A stretch of DNA of 64,000 bases from Planctomycetota bacterium (GCA_038749735.1 JBCDHS010000008.1:5797-69796); one strand, 5' to 3'; positions 18,041 through 28,280 are shown, counted from the stretch's first letter. Notes: generated by a model not told the origin, from the letters alone. Program-made: numbers and translations.

Positions 18041-19333
18041 ATGTCGGACTCGCCCGCATCACACTTGTCACTGCCCATGTCCGAGCGTCCCACGGTCGAT
18101 ATCTCCGTGGAGACCAGGCCCTCTTGGCGGCAATGGCTGATCGATCGCAACCCATGCTTTCTGTTGAGCGGGGTCTGCATGCTGCTGGGCTGCTTCCTGA
18201 TCAGCCGTGAGATCCATCAGGCCGACCCAGGCAGCGCCGGGTTTGTCTTGATGCTCGTGGGCCTGATCGTCGTGATGAACATCTACGAGGCCGCGGTGAT
18301 CGGGATGGGCCTTTGGCTTTCACGGAGCCAGGCACTCGTGCGTGACAGCCGGCACCTGTTGGGGCTGGCGCTGCTGCTCTTGATTGACGCGGCGTTTGTC
18401 TACCAGGAGACCGCGACGGCCGACCCCTGGCTCGGCGGCACGATCGCGGGGCTCGCCGGTGTTCTCGGGATCATCAAACTCCTGATCATCATGCGCGGCG
18501 TCGGTGTGAGTCTACCACTCACATCGTGCGTTGCGGTATCGCTGGCTTTGATTGGGCTATACGCCTTGCCGGTCCTTATGCGTTTGTTGGCTGGCGATGG
18601 TTTTGTTTCAATGCCGGCGATGATGGGGGTATGGGCCGCAGTCGGCCTGGTCATAGCGGGTTATGCGTTGCCGATCTCATGGGCGACACGGCAGCCGGCG
18701 AGAGACCGGGACCACCAGCAACTCCAATGTTTGATCATGACGGGAGGCATGACCCTCCCGCTGTTGGCGTTGTGCGCCCACGGCTGGGTGGGGATGTGGG
18801 TCTATGGCAACGGCTTCACCCCGGCTTTCCTGTCGCCGATCATCCTTGGCGTGGCGGCGATCATGCTCCGTCAACATGCAAGGCTGGGGGGCACTCGGCC
18901 CACGGCGAGGGCGGTTGCGGTGATGGTTGGTTTGGCGCTGGGCACCGCGATGTCAGCGCCCGCAGAATTGGTTCTTGTGTTTGATGGGCCGTGGCCGAGT
19001 ATCTCGCCGCTGCGTGGATCGCTGCTGGTCTCGGCGGTCTTGCTGGCCTGGGCCTGGGCATTAACCGGCGGCATACTGACGGCGTTCTCCGCGGCGAGTT
19101 TATTGTTCGCCGCGCTGCTCGGGCACACCCACTCGGCCATTTGGCACAACGCCGGGCGTCTGGTGGACTGGCTGGCCGGGCTGCTGCCTGACGATCGGTT
19201 GGGTTGGGGGGTGCTCGCCGTGGCGGTGGCGTTTGTGCTGCTGGCACTGGGGGGCGGGCTGGGTTGGAAGCGTGAGCGGGCCACGCGTGAGCGGGCCGGC
19301 GCGTCGGATCAGCTCATCACCGCCGAAGAATAG
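18041..19333 (+). CDS. Multi-pass membrane protein of unknown function
   Basis: More than ten hydrophobic segments; RNPCFLLSGVCML N-terminal motif; AAGGAAGG SD before ATG 18041. Confidence 0.75.
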   Translation: MSDSPASHLSLPMSERPTVDISVETRPSWRQWLIDRNPCFLLSGVCMLLGCFLISREIHQADPGSAGFVLMLVGLIVVMNIYEAAVIGMGLWLSRSQALVRDSRHLLGLALLLLIDAAFVYQETATADPWLGGTIAGLAGVLGIIKLLIIMRGVGVSLPLTSCVAVSLALIGLYALPVLMRLLAGDGFVSMPAMMGVWAAVGLVIAGYALPISWATRQPARDRDHQQLQCLIMTGGMTLPLLALCAHGWVGMWVYGNGFTPAFLSPIILGVAAIMLRQHARLGGTRPTARAVAVMVGLALGTAMSAPAELVLVFDGPWPSISPLRGSLLVSAVLLAWAWALTGGILTAFSAASLLFAALLGHTHSAIWHNAGRLVDWLAGLLPDDRLGWGVLAVAVAFVLLALGGGLGWKRERATRERAGASDQLITAEE

Positions 19334-19348
19334 CCTCCTGCCGTGACA

Positions 19349-19415
19349 CGGGCGGGTTTTCAACGGCCCCGCCCGAAGAAAACGGGGTCCGGTCTTGTGC
19401 GTGGCCGGGCCCCGT
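19349..19415. terminator. Twin GC-rich hairpins between convergent genes
   Basis: CGGGCGGG/CCCGCCCG (19349-19375) and ACGGGGTCCGGTC/GGCCGGGCCCCGT (19382-19415). Confidence 0.5.
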
Positions 19416-19510
19416 AATTGATTCGTCAAGGTGTGAGTTGGGGCACGCTCATCGGAAAAACCATGAACCGCCGGATCGTGGGAATACCCAGGCCCGGTCT
19501 GCACGGTAAG

Positions 19511-20887
19511 TCAGGAAACCGTGGCCTGTTCGGGCATGACGATCTCACGGCCAACCGAGTAATAGACAAAACCTTCGTCCCGCATCTCGGCCGGCTGGTA
19601 AAGGTTGCGGCCATCAAAGATCACCGGCGAGGCCATTCGGCTCTTGATCTGCGCGAAGTCGGGCTGCTTAAACTCGGGCCAGTCGGTACAGATGATCAAC
19701 GCATCGACGCCATCCAACATGGTGTAGACGTCGTTGCTGTAGTCGATGCGGTCCTTCATGCCGTGGTCCTGGCAGGTCTCATGGGCGACCGGGTCGTGCG
19801 CGATCACGCTGGCGCCGCGGTCGATCAGTGCGTTCATCACGGTGATGGATGGGGCCTCGCGGATATCGTCCGTGCCGGGCTTGAAGGCGATCCCCCAGAC
19901 CGCGACCTTCTTTCCGGACAAGCCGCCCTCCCCAAAGTGCTTGTCGATCTTGGTGATGAAGTGGCCTCGTTGTCTTTGGTTGACCTCATGAACCGAGTCG
20001 AGCAGCTTGGTGGGTAGGCCGACTTCTTCACCCATGGACATGCAGGCGAGCACGTCCTTGGGGAAGCACGAGCCGCCGTAGCCCAGACCGGGGTACAGGA
20101 ACTTGTTGCCGATCCGGCTGTCGCTGGTCATGCCGCGCCAGACCTCGTCGACGTTGGAGCCGTAGGCTTCGCAGAGCGTCGCGATCTCGTTGATGAAAGA
20201 GATCTTGGTGGCGAGCATTGCGTTGGCGGCATACTTCACCATCTCCGCGGAGGGGATATCCATGACGAAGATGGGGTTGCCGTTGCGGGTAAACGGGTCG
20301 TAGAGCTTGCGGAGCCGGTCGCCGGTGCCCTCGTCCTGGGCGCCGATGACGACGCGGTCGGGCTTGTTAAAGTCGTTGATCGCGGCGCCTTCTTTGAGGA
20401 ACTCGGGGTTCGAGCCCATCTTGAAGGGTTTGTTGGTGTGCTTGGCGATCTCGGCCTGGACCTTGGCGTTGGTACCGACGGGCACGGTCGACTTGACGAT
20501 GATGATCTTGGCCCGGCGTTCCTCGGGGCCACCGCCGGTTGCGCCGGGGGCCGCCTCGATGGCTTTACCGATATCGGCGGCGGCGGCGAGAACATACTTC
20601 AGGTCGGCCCGGCCCTTCTCATCGCTGGGTGTGCCTACACAGATAAAGACGACCTCGGCGGACTGGTAGGCCGAGGCGGCCTCGGTGGTGAATGCCAAGC
20701 GTCCCGCCTTGTGGTTCCGCTGGATCATCTCGTCCAGGCCGGGCTCGTAGATCGGCGAGATGCCGTTGTTGAGCTTGTCGATCTTGCGTTGATCGATGTC
20801 CAGGCAGGTGACGTCGTTGCCGACATTGGCAAAGCATGTGCCGGTCACCAGGCCGACGTAACCGGTACCAACCATTGTTAAACGCAT
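19511..20887 (-). CDS. ugd: UDP-glucose 6-dehydrogenase
   Basis: GTGYVGL, KSTVPVGT, SNPEFLKEG, GYGGSCFPKD and AFKPGTDDIRE motifs; GGGAGA SD before ATG 20887. Confidence 0.95.
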   Translation of the reverse strand: MRLTMVGTGYVGLVTGTCFANVGNDVTCLDIDQRKIDKLNNGISPIYEPGLDEMIQRNHKAGRLAFTTEAASAYQSAEVVFICVGTPSDEKGRADLKYVLAAAADIGKAIEAAPGATGGGPEERRAKIIIVKSTVPVGTNAKVQAEIAKHTNKPFKMGSNPEFLKEGAAINDFNKPDRVVIGAQDEGTGDRLRKLYDPFTRNGNPIFVMDIPSAEMVKYAANAMLATKISFINEIATLCEAYGSNVDEVWRGMTSDSRIGNKFLYPGLGYGGSCFPKDVLACMSMGEEVGLPTKLLDSVHEVNQRQRGHFITKIDKHFGEGGLSGKKVAVWGIAFKPGTDDIREAPSITVMNALIDRGASVIAHDPVAHETCQDHGMKDRIDYSNDVYTMLDGVDALIICTDWPEFKQPDFAQIKSRMASPVIFDGRNLYQPAEMRDEGFVYYSVGREIVMPEQATVS

Positions 20888-21108
20888 GACTTGCAGTCTC
20901 CCTGATCGTTCTGCAGGTGTGGCGGACGTGCCGCGCGCCCCAGGTTCCGGGCAGTCTACGCTAAATTCGGCAATCTGCGCAGCCCGCTGCAGTACTGAAG
21001 CGGTGGTTTTTGTTCGACTTCGACCCATAAGCCGCCTTGCCGACCATCCGCCGCGGCCTACAATAATAGGTTTGCCCTGACCAAGACTTCGACAGCGAGA
21101 CCGGTCCC

Positions 21109-22989
21109 ATGGCCCGAACCAAGGCCCCCGAACCCATTTTTCAGACCCCCGAGGCCGATCTCAACAAGGTCGAGGTCTTCAAACGTGACTCGCAGGGCGT
21201 CGTCGGCCCACTGCCCGAGACCGTCCGCGATCTTTCGGACCTATCCATCGGTGAAGAGTCTGAGCAGTTGGCCAAGAGCCACGGCATCTACCTCGAGTAC
21301 AACCGCGCCCAGACCGGTCGGGAAAAAGACTGGCTCTATATGGTCCGTATCACCTGCCCGGGCGGGGGATCGTTCAACGCCGAGCAGTGGCGCACACTCG
21401 ACGAGATCTCGGATAGGTACTGCACGCACGAGCCCAACGGACGGACTTCTATCCGTCTCACGACGCGTCAAAACATCCAGTACCACTGGCTCAAGAAGCC
21501 GGACCTGATCAACCTTGTCCAGGACGTTGCGTCCACCGGGTATTACACGCTCAACGGATGCGGCGACAACGTCCGCAACGTGATGGGCTGCCCGCTGTCC
21601 AAGTTCAGCCCGGTCTGCGATGCGAATAAGCTTGCGCATGAGTACGGGGCGTATTTCCGGCTACCCGCCGCGCCACACATCCAGGTCTTCGCGGTTGACC
21701 CGGCGCATATCGAAGACCCCGAGCAGCAGTACAGCTACGGCAGGCAGCTGCTCAACCGTAAGTTCAAGATCGCATTCGCATCGGTTACGCGTCACGCCGA
21801 CGGGAGGCTTATCGGTGACAACTGTGTCGAGGCACGTTCCTGCGAGATCGGGGTAGCACCCGTCCTTGCCCACGGCATCGAAGAGGTTGAGGCCTACGAG
21901 ATTTTTATCGGTGGCGGCCAGGGCGAGAAGAACGGCAAGCCCACCTTCGCCGGCATCGCCCTGCCGTTTGCCCGTGTCGCCCCCGAGGACCTGTTCCCCG
22001 CGATGAAGGCCATCGTCGACGTGCACAAGCAGTGGGGTGACCGCAAGAACCGGGTCTGGGCCCGCATGAAGTATGTCGTGCAGAAGCAGGGCATCCCGTG
22101 GTTCCAGAACGAGGTCAAGGCGCTGGGTGTCGATTTCGAGCAGCCCGACCCGGACTTCGACATCGGCCCGCGCATGATGCATCACGGCTGGCACCACCTC
22201 GAAACCACCGGCAAGCTCGCCTACGGCGCGTATATCGAGAACGGGCGACTGATCGACACCGACCCCGCGTCGGGCAACGGCCACCAGAAATCGATGGTCT
22301 TGCCGCTGCTAGAGAAGTTCGGTGCCGAAGTCTTGATCACCGCGAATCAGGACCTGCTGTTCACCGGCATCGACCCCGAGGCAAAGCAAGACTTTGAGGC
22401 CACGCTCGCCGAGCACGGCTACGGCAAGCGCAAGGGCAAGGCCTTTAGCCAACTGCGGGTCCTCTCGGGCGCTTGTGTCGGCCTGCCGACCTGCCGGCTG
22501 GCCTATACCGACTCGGAGCAGTGGGAGCCGGAATTGATTGATGCGCTGGATGAGCTTGGCTACGGGGATGTGCATGAATCGATTGGCATCACCGGCTGCG
22601 AAAGGCAGTGCTTCCGCCCGGGCCTAAAGACGATCGGGTGGGTCGGCCAAGGGCCGGACCAGTACGCGCTCAAGCTCGGCGGCAGCGAGGACGGCCGATA
22701 CCAGGGCCAGTGGATCACCGGCATTGACCCGGCCAAGCCCGACAAGGGCGAGCAGTGGCTGCTGCGACGGGTGAGCAAAGCGGACGCCGTCATCGTCACC
22801 GCCGCCTTGTTCGATTACTGCAAAGCGAACCGACAAGACGGCGAGGACATGGGAGCCACGATCCGCCGCCTCGGACAGGCGGTCATCGTTGAGCACTTGC
22901 GCTCCATCGAAGCGATCGCCCCGCTGCTGAAAAAGACCTTCCCCCAGCCCTTCCAACCCTACGACGAGTCCGGCCAGCCAAGAGCGTAG
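21109..22989 (+). CDS. Sulfite/nitrite reductase siroheme-[4Fe-4S] hemoprotein
   Basis: RLTTRQNIQ, GCGDNVRNVMGCP, RKFKIAF; cluster ligands CVGLPTC and TGCERQC. Confidence 0.88.
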   Translation: MARTKAPEPIFQTPEADLNKVEVFKRDSQGVVGPLPETVRDLSDLSIGEESEQLAKSHGIYLEYNRAQTGREKDWLYMVRITCPGGGSFNAEQWRTLDEISDRYCTHEPNGRTSIRLTTRQNIQYHWLKKPDLINLVQDVASTGYYTLNGCGDNVRNVMGCPLSKFSPVCDANKLAHEYGAYFRLPAAPHIQVFAVDPAHIEDPEQQYSYGRQLLNRKFKIAFASVTRHADGRLIGDNCVEARSCEIGVAPVLAHGIEEVEAYEIFIGGGQGEKNGKPTFAGIALPFARVAPEDLFPAMKAIVDVHKQWGDRKNRVWARMKYVVQKQGIPWFQNEVKALGVDFEQPDPDFDIGPRMMHHGWHHLETTGKLAYGAYIENGRLIDTDPASGNGHQKSMVLPLLEKFGAEVLITANQDLLFTGIDPEAKQDFEATLAEHGYGKRKGKAFSQLRVLSGACVGLPTCRLAYTDSEQWEPELIDALDELGYGDVHESIGITGCERQCFRPGLKTIGWVGQGPDQYALKLGGSEDGRYQGQWITGIDPAKPDKGEQWLLRRVSKADAVIVTAALFDYCKANRQDGEDMGATIRRLGQAVIVEHLRSIEAIAPLLKKTFPQPFQPYDESGQPRA

Positions 22990-23010
22990 ACAACCAGGCC
23001 TATTAACGCG

Positions 23011-24453
23011 CTATCGGGGCTTGCGGTCCCAGGCCTGAGCGGGGGTCGGGTCGTATCGCGGTGCGGCGTCCTGGTCGGGGAACGACTCGGCGACCGCGGC
23101 GAGGCGCTGCTTTGCTTCGAGCACCTGCGGATCGGTTGAATCGATCAGGTTGCGGGTCTCTGCCGGGTCTTGCTGCAGGTCGTAGAGCCGGGCCGGCTGG
23201 CGATCCACCACCCAGAGTTTGTAGCGGCGGTCACGGATCACCCGGTCGGCGAAGGGCCTGGCGGGTACGACGCGGTTGTCCTGCGTCAGCCGGGCGACCC
23301 CGCCGCCCATCGCCATGATCCATTGCCTGGGACCGCGTTCGGCCTGGCCCACCAAGACGGGGGCGATGGATCGGCCATCCAGCACCAAGCCGTCGGGCAG
23401 GTCGGCCCCGGCCAACTCCGCGAAGGTCGGCAGCACGTCGGTAAAGTCGGTCAGGGTGTCATTAACCCGGCCGACCGGCACCAGCCCCGGCCCCCAAGCA
23501 ATAAACGGGGCGCGGCAACCGTTCTCGGAGATCTTCCCCTTGCCGCCCGTCACCTGCCGCCCGTGCATACGGTTCATCAAGCCGCCAGTGCTGCCGTTGT
23601 CCGTCGTAAAGATCACCAGCGTCTTGCGCCCGCTCTCAAGCGACGCGACGCTATCCAGCAGCCGGCCGACGAGATGGTCGATGTACCGCGTCATGGCCAT
23701 GTGCTTTGCAAGGCGTCCGGTTGCGCCCTGGTCATGAGGCGTGGTGACAAAAGGTGTGTGGGGCAGCGCCATCGGGAAGTAGAGGCAGGCCGGCCGATCA
23801 TCCTCTCGTTGAAGAAACTCAATCAGGAAGTCGGTGTAGACGTCCGGGCCGAAGCGTCCCGGGTAGGTCTTGCTGCCGTCGCGGGTGTGGATATACGGGT
23901 CCCAGTAGCGTTCGGCGCTGGGCGGGTTGCCGGTTTCGTAGCCGGTCCAGACGCACCAGTCGTCGAAGCCGTGCTTATCCAGGACGTTTGGCTGGACACG
24001 GAAATCATTGATCTGCCACTTGCCCGCGATCGCGGTCCGGTACCCCGCTGCGCGGAGCAGTTCGGCGAACGTGGTGTAGTGCCCCGGGTCGAAGTGGCAA
24101 CGCGCCCCCCAGCGCGGGACATCCCAGTGGTTGACCCAGCCGTTGCGGTACGGGTACGTCCCGGTCAGCAGCGCGACCCTTGTCGGCGTGCACTTGGGCA
24201 TCGAGTAGGCATGAGTAAAGCGCATGCCCTCCGCCGCCATGCGGTCAAGGTTGGGCGTCTGGATCCCCTCCGCGCCGTAGCAGCCGATCCACTCCGGGCC
24301 GAGGTCGTCGGCCATGATGAAGATGATGTTGGGTCGGCTCGGTTGACCGGTCGCCACCGAGCAGAAGGCCATCACAATCAGCAAGCTACAGATCGGCCTG
24401 AACAAGTACGCGACGTTCCTGAAATTACCAGACATATCGGATCGACTCAGCAT
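23011..24453 (-). CDS. Sulfatase (formylglycine-dependent, S1)
   Basis: PNIIFIMADDLG, CTPTRVALLTG, GKWQ, FTTDNG and YDLQQDPAE motifs. Confidence 0.92.
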   Translation of the reverse strand: MLSRSDMSGNFRNVAYLFRPICSLLIVMAFCSVATGQPSRPNIIFIMADDLGPEWIGCYGAEGIQTPNLDRMAAEGMRFTHAYSMPKCTPTRVALLTGTYPYRNGWVNHWDVPRWGARCHFDPGHYTTFAELLRAAGYRTAIAGKWQINDFRVQPNVLDKHGFDDWCVWTGYETGNPPSAERYWDPYIHTRDGSKTYPGRFGPDVYTDFLIEFLQREDDRPACLYFPMALPHTPFVTTPHDQGATGRLAKHMAMTRYIDHLVGRLLDSVASLESGRKTLVIFTTDNGSTGGLMNRMHGRQVTGGKGKISENGCRAPFIAWGPGLVPVGRVNDTLTDFTDVLPTFAELAGADLPDGLVLDGRSIAPVLVGQAERGPRQWIMAMGGGVARLTQDNRVVPARPFADRVIRDRRYKLWVVDRQPARLYDLQQDPAETRNLIDSTDPQVLEAKQRLAAVAESFPDQDAAPRYDPTPAQAWDRKPR

Positions 24454-24504
24454 CTATATCAACCTTGGCTGATCCGCATCAGAGACGTGGGTGCCCGGGC
24501 ACCA

Positions 24505-24909
24505 TTAAACACCATGAACCAAAAGCAGGGTCAATGACCAGCAGACCGGGAACGCCGCGATCAACACGCCGAGCTGCGATAGCCTCTGCCCGGTCCGGTC
24601 ACGCTGCTTACCGATGAACTCGCACATGAGGATGAAGAACAGCACCAGGATAAATTTATAGAGGATCATCCCGTCCAGCCCCCAGCGGAAAATGACCTGC
24701 TCGGCGATCGGGTTCACCTCCCTGCCGCCGTTGGTGAAGATGACCCAGGTGAGCATGATATCCATGGCCGAAAAGAACAAAAGCCAGACGTAGGCGTTGG
24801 GGTAGCGCATCGGCGTGGAGCCAAGCCGTCTTGCCTCGGGCGGTTGACCCGCGGGCTGCTCCGCCTGCGTGGCGGTCGGGTTTTCGGTCTGGTCGGAGTC
24901 GCCGGGCAT
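24505..24909 (-). CDS. Small membrane protein, DUF5658-like
   Basis: MDIMLTWVIF..GGREVNPIA motif followed by TM helices; start chosen at ATG 24909. Confidence 0.65.
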   Translation of the reverse strand: MPGDSDQTENPTATQAEQPAGQPPEARRLGSTPMRYPNAYVWLLFFSAMDIMLTWVIFTNGGREVNPIAEQVIFRWGLDGMILYKFILVLFFILMCEFIGKQRDRTGQRLSQLGVLIAAFPVCWSLTLLLVHGV

Positions 24910-24955
24910 GGGTTTACCTGATGAAGTGTAGAACGCTGGGTTGCGGGCATCCGCT

Positions 24956-25855
24956 TCAACCGGTGTAGCTGAATCGGCCCAGCGATTCGAGCACCTTACA
25001 GATCGCTTGGGTGCCCAGCCGGCCGCCGCCGTTGTCCGCAACGATCTTGAAGTAGTCCGCGGCAAGGGCGGTCGTCGTGAGCGGCAGTTCGGCTCGCTCG
25101 GCGGTGTCCAGCACGATCGCGAGGTCCTTGAGTACCAGGTCGATCATGAACCCGGGGTCCAGGTCGCCTTCGCTGATCTTCGGGCCCAGGTTGGACAGCT
25201 GCCACGAGCCGCCCGCCCCGCCGCCGACAACCTCGACCATCTTCCGTGGGTCCAGCCCGGTCTTGTTGGCCAACGCCAACGACTCGCACACCCCGAGCAG
25301 GGCGCAGACCACCGCGACCTGGTTGCAGGCCTTGCACGCCTGGCCCAGCCCCGGTCCGCCGAGGTGGACGATACGCTTACCCACGGCCTTCAGCATCGGC
25401 ATCACCTTCGCAACGGCTTCGTCAGCGCCGCCCACCATGATGCTTAGGCTGCCGTTCTGGGCCCCGATGTCACCGCCGGAGACCGGGGCGTCCACGAGGG
25501 AGATATCCTGTCCGGCTAGCCGGGCGGCAAACGCGCGGGTGGCATCGGGAGAGATCGTCGAATGGTCCACGACGAGGGTGCCCGGCCTGGCCCGCGAGGC
25601 AACGCCGAGATCGCCGAAGAGCACGGCCTCAACATCCGGCGTATCGGTCACGTTGAGAAAAATAACCTCTGCCCCGCTGGCCGCGACATCCGCCGGACTA
25701 TCCACGACCGCGGCCCCCGCCTCCCGCAAAGAGTCCGCCTTGCTTGCGGTGCGGTTCCAGACCGTCATCGCGTAGCCGGCCTTGATCAGGTTCATCGCCA
25801 TCGGCCGGCCCATGATGCCCAGGCCGATGTAGCCGATTTTAGATTTTTGATTCAT
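24956..25855 (-). CDS. NAD(P)-dependent beta-hydroxyacid dehydrogenase (3-hydroxyisobutyrate/tartronate-semialdehyde reductase family)
   Basis: IGYIGLGIMGRPMA, DAPVSGG, GSLSIMVGG and GQACKACNQ motifs. Confidence 0.92.
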   Translation of the reverse strand: MNQKSKIGYIGLGIMGRPMAMNLIKAGYAMTVWNRTASKADSLREAGAAVVDSPADVAASGAEVIFLNVTDTPDVEAVLFGDLGVASRARPGTLVVDHSTISPDATRAFAARLAGQDISLVDAPVSGGDIGAQNGSLSIMVGGADEAVAKVMPMLKAVGKRIVHLGGPGLGQACKACNQVAVVCALLGVCESLALANKTGLDPRKMVEVVGGGAGGSWQLSNLGPKISEGDLDPGFMIDLVLKDLAIVLDTAERAELPLTTTALAADYFKIVADNGGGRLGTQAICKVLESLGRFSYTG

Positions 25856-27132
25856 GATCTATTTCCCCAAACAACGCGGTTATTGGAACGCGACAACCAT
25901 AGCGGCTCGGCCGGGCTGGTGCCGCCCATCGCCTGGGCCAAAGGGTCGATCAGGCTTGACGGGTCAATGCGGATGCAAACAAAACGCGCATCGGCCCCCG
26001 GCTGCAGCGTTGCACTTTCAGGCTCCAGACGCAGCGCCTTCGCACCATTGATTGTGGCCAAGGCCAATAGCTTGGCAGCATCGACATGATCGCGCTGAAA
26101 GAGGCGGCGGATCGGAGCAAGCAGGCCAAGCGGCTGGGGCTCATCAGGCGGCTGACAAAGAATCGAGTCTGTACCAAGGCATACATTGACCCCTGCCGCA
26201 ATCATGTCGCGGTAGCGGTGATTCTCGTGGCCGAAGTACTCGCTGGCGATTGGGCAATATGCGACCGAGGTATTTGTGTCCGCAAGGATCGAGATGTCTG
26301 GATCGCTGACGTAGTTGCAGTGAGCAACCAGCCAGCCGCCTGCTTCGGCGGCAGATTCGAGGTGGGGCTTCATCCACTCGACCGGCGATAAGCCAGCGCT
26401 GTAGTTCGCCTCGAAGGATGGGTCCCACCTGCCGATCCCCTCGAGGTAGTCTCGCATCGGCCCGCTTGCCCCTTTGACGAACTGCGTTTCCTCCTGCGTC
26501 TCCGCCAGGTGCGTTGAGACCGGCCGACTCGACCGTGCCGCGGCGTCATAGATACGGCGGCCGGCCGAATAGGGGGCATGGGGTTGGAGCCCCATCCGAG
26601 CGGTCTCGACCTTTTTCATCGCGGCTTCGTCAAAAGGTGGGCCTAGACCAAACAACTCGATATAGGACTGGCCTCCAAACCGTTCACCTTCAGGTAACAG
26701 CGGCCGTTGATGCGACTGGCAGATATCACCCGCGGCAACGACACCGGCATCGAGAAAACCCCAGATGCAACTCCCCTGTATCCCCGAGGCATACCAGTCC
26801 GGGGCCGTCTTACCACTTTTGTAGATCGCGTCTGCGATCAGCCCACGCAGCCCCGAGACCCACCCCATAAAGCCGGCCTCGGTGTCGTAGGGTTGTGGCC
26901 CAATCGGAGTCAGTTCGAGATGCGTGTGCGCATTGACGAACCCCGGCAGCAGCAGATGCTCCTTGCGATCCATCCCCTCCGCCCGCTCGACCAGTTCCCG
27001 CGGCAGCGACTCGGGTTCCCCGGCCGCGATCACCTGCCCATCCTCGACCAACACCGCCCCCGGGCGGGCGTTGATCCCGGTGGCGTCGCGGATGGCGGCG
27101 GCGTGGATAACCTTGAGTGGACGTTGTTTCAT
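25852..27132 (-). CDS. Amidohydrolase-family metal-dependent deaminase
   Basis: PGFVNAHTHLE, HAPYS, HLAET, HCNY and GTDS motifs; overlaps the downstream gene by 4 nt. Confidence 0.85.
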   Translation of the reverse strand: MKQRPLKVIHAAAIRDATGINARPGAVLVEDGQVIAAGEPESLPRELVERAEGMDRKEHLLLPGFVNAHTHLELTPIGPQPYDTEAGFMGWVSGLRGLIADAIYKSGKTAPDWYASGIQGSCIWGFLDAGVVAAGDICQSHQRPLLPEGERFGGQSYIELFGLGPPFDEAAMKKVETARMGLQPHAPYSAGRRIYDAAARSSRPVSTHLAETQEETQFVKGASGPMRDYLEGIGRWDPSFEANYSAGLSPVEWMKPHLESAAEAGGWLVAHCNYVSDPDISILADTNTSVAYCPIASEYFGHENHRYRDMIAAGVNVCLGTDSILCQPPDEPQPLGLLAPIRRLFQRDHVDAAKLLALATINGAKALRLEPESATLQPGADARFVCIRIDPSSLIDPLAQAMGGTSPAEPLWLSRSNNRVVWGNRS

Positions 27133-27306
27133 GGCGATCGGGCCGGTCTTCCGATACAGCATAAGCCGGGATTGGGGGTGGGTGCAGCCTTCCCGTGCGG
27201 CGGCCGTTCTTAAGCCAATGCCCGCCAAGGATTTCCACAGCCTACCGCCCAACGCTACACTAATTGGTTACTCGAACAGGGAACCGCATACCAAAGGACT
27301 TGCCCG

Positions 27307-28248
27307 ATGACCCGTACCCGCCTCTGGACCACCGCCCTGCTGCTGACCGCCTCGACCGGCCTGTTCACCGGCTGTGTGTCCCAGGAAAGCCAGGACAACC
27401 TCCGCACGATCAACCGCTCGCTCCAGGAGCAGATCATCGACCTGCAGGACCAGATCGAGGGCCTGAAAGTCGCCCTCGCTCAGCGCGATCGTGACCTCGC
27501 CGCGATGCGGGCACGCGAGGCGGCGGGCGAGGATGTCATGAGCGAAAACTCCCGCCTTCGGACACAGGTCGCGACCCTCCAGACCCAGCTCGCGTCGCTG
27601 GAGCAGCAGCTTGCCGAGGCGATCAGCCAGCAGGGCCAGATCACGATCGTTGATGGGCCGCTGCCGCAGGAGCTGCGCGATGCGTTGGGCGACCTCGCGG
27701 CGGCGAACCCCGACCTGATGGTCTTTGATGAGCAGCGGGGCATGATCCGCCTGCGTAGCGACCTGACCTTCTCGCTGGGCTCGGCAACGGTCAACGACAA
27801 CGCCAAGGCCGCCCTGACCCGGCTGGCCGGCGTGCTCAACAGCGCCGATGCCAAGCCGTTCGACATCATGGTCGTCGGCCACACCGACTCGGTACCCGTG
27901 ACCTCGGCGGCGGGTCGGCAGCAACACATCGACAACCGCGGACTCTCCAGCAACCGTGGCGACGCGGTGGCCCGTGTGCTGACGGGTAGCGGGGTGTCCG
28001 CCTCACGGATCATGTCCGGCGGACGCGGCGCGACCCAGCCGATCGCCCAGAACGATGCCCGCCGAGGCAACCAGGCCAACCGCCGGGTGGAGATCTTCAT
28101 CGTCAAGGCCGCTAACCCCGGCGGGGTTGGTCCCGCACCGGCGCCCGAAGGTGATGGCGACGAGACCACCACCGGACGTACCACCGCGCCCCGGCCCGGC
28201 GTGGTCGAAGATCGCCCGGTCGTTGAAGACCCCGGCGCTTTCAAGTAA
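27307..28248 (+). CDS. OmpA/MotB-domain lipoprotein with coiled coil
   Basis: Lipobox LFTGC; long coiled coil; VGHTDS, LSSNRGDAV and NRRVEI motifs; AAGGA SD. Confidence 0.88.
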   Translation: MTRTRLWTTALLLTASTGLFTGCVSQESQDNLRTINRSLQEQIIDLQDQIEGLKVALAQRDRDLAAMRAREAAGEDVMSENSRLRTQVATLQTQLASLEQQLAEAISQQGQITIVDGPLPQELRDALGDLAAANPDLMVFDEQRGMIRLRSDLTFSLGSATVNDNAKAALTRLAGVLNSADAKPFDIMVVGHTDSVPVTSAAGRQQHIDNRGLSSNRGDAVARVLTGSGVSASRIMSGGRGATQPIAQNDARRGNQANRRVEIFIVKAANPGGVGPAPAPEGDGDETTTGRTTAPRPGVVEDRPVVEDPGAFK

Positions 28249-28280
28249 GCCCTCTCGAACATTCTTAACGTCTATGCAAA

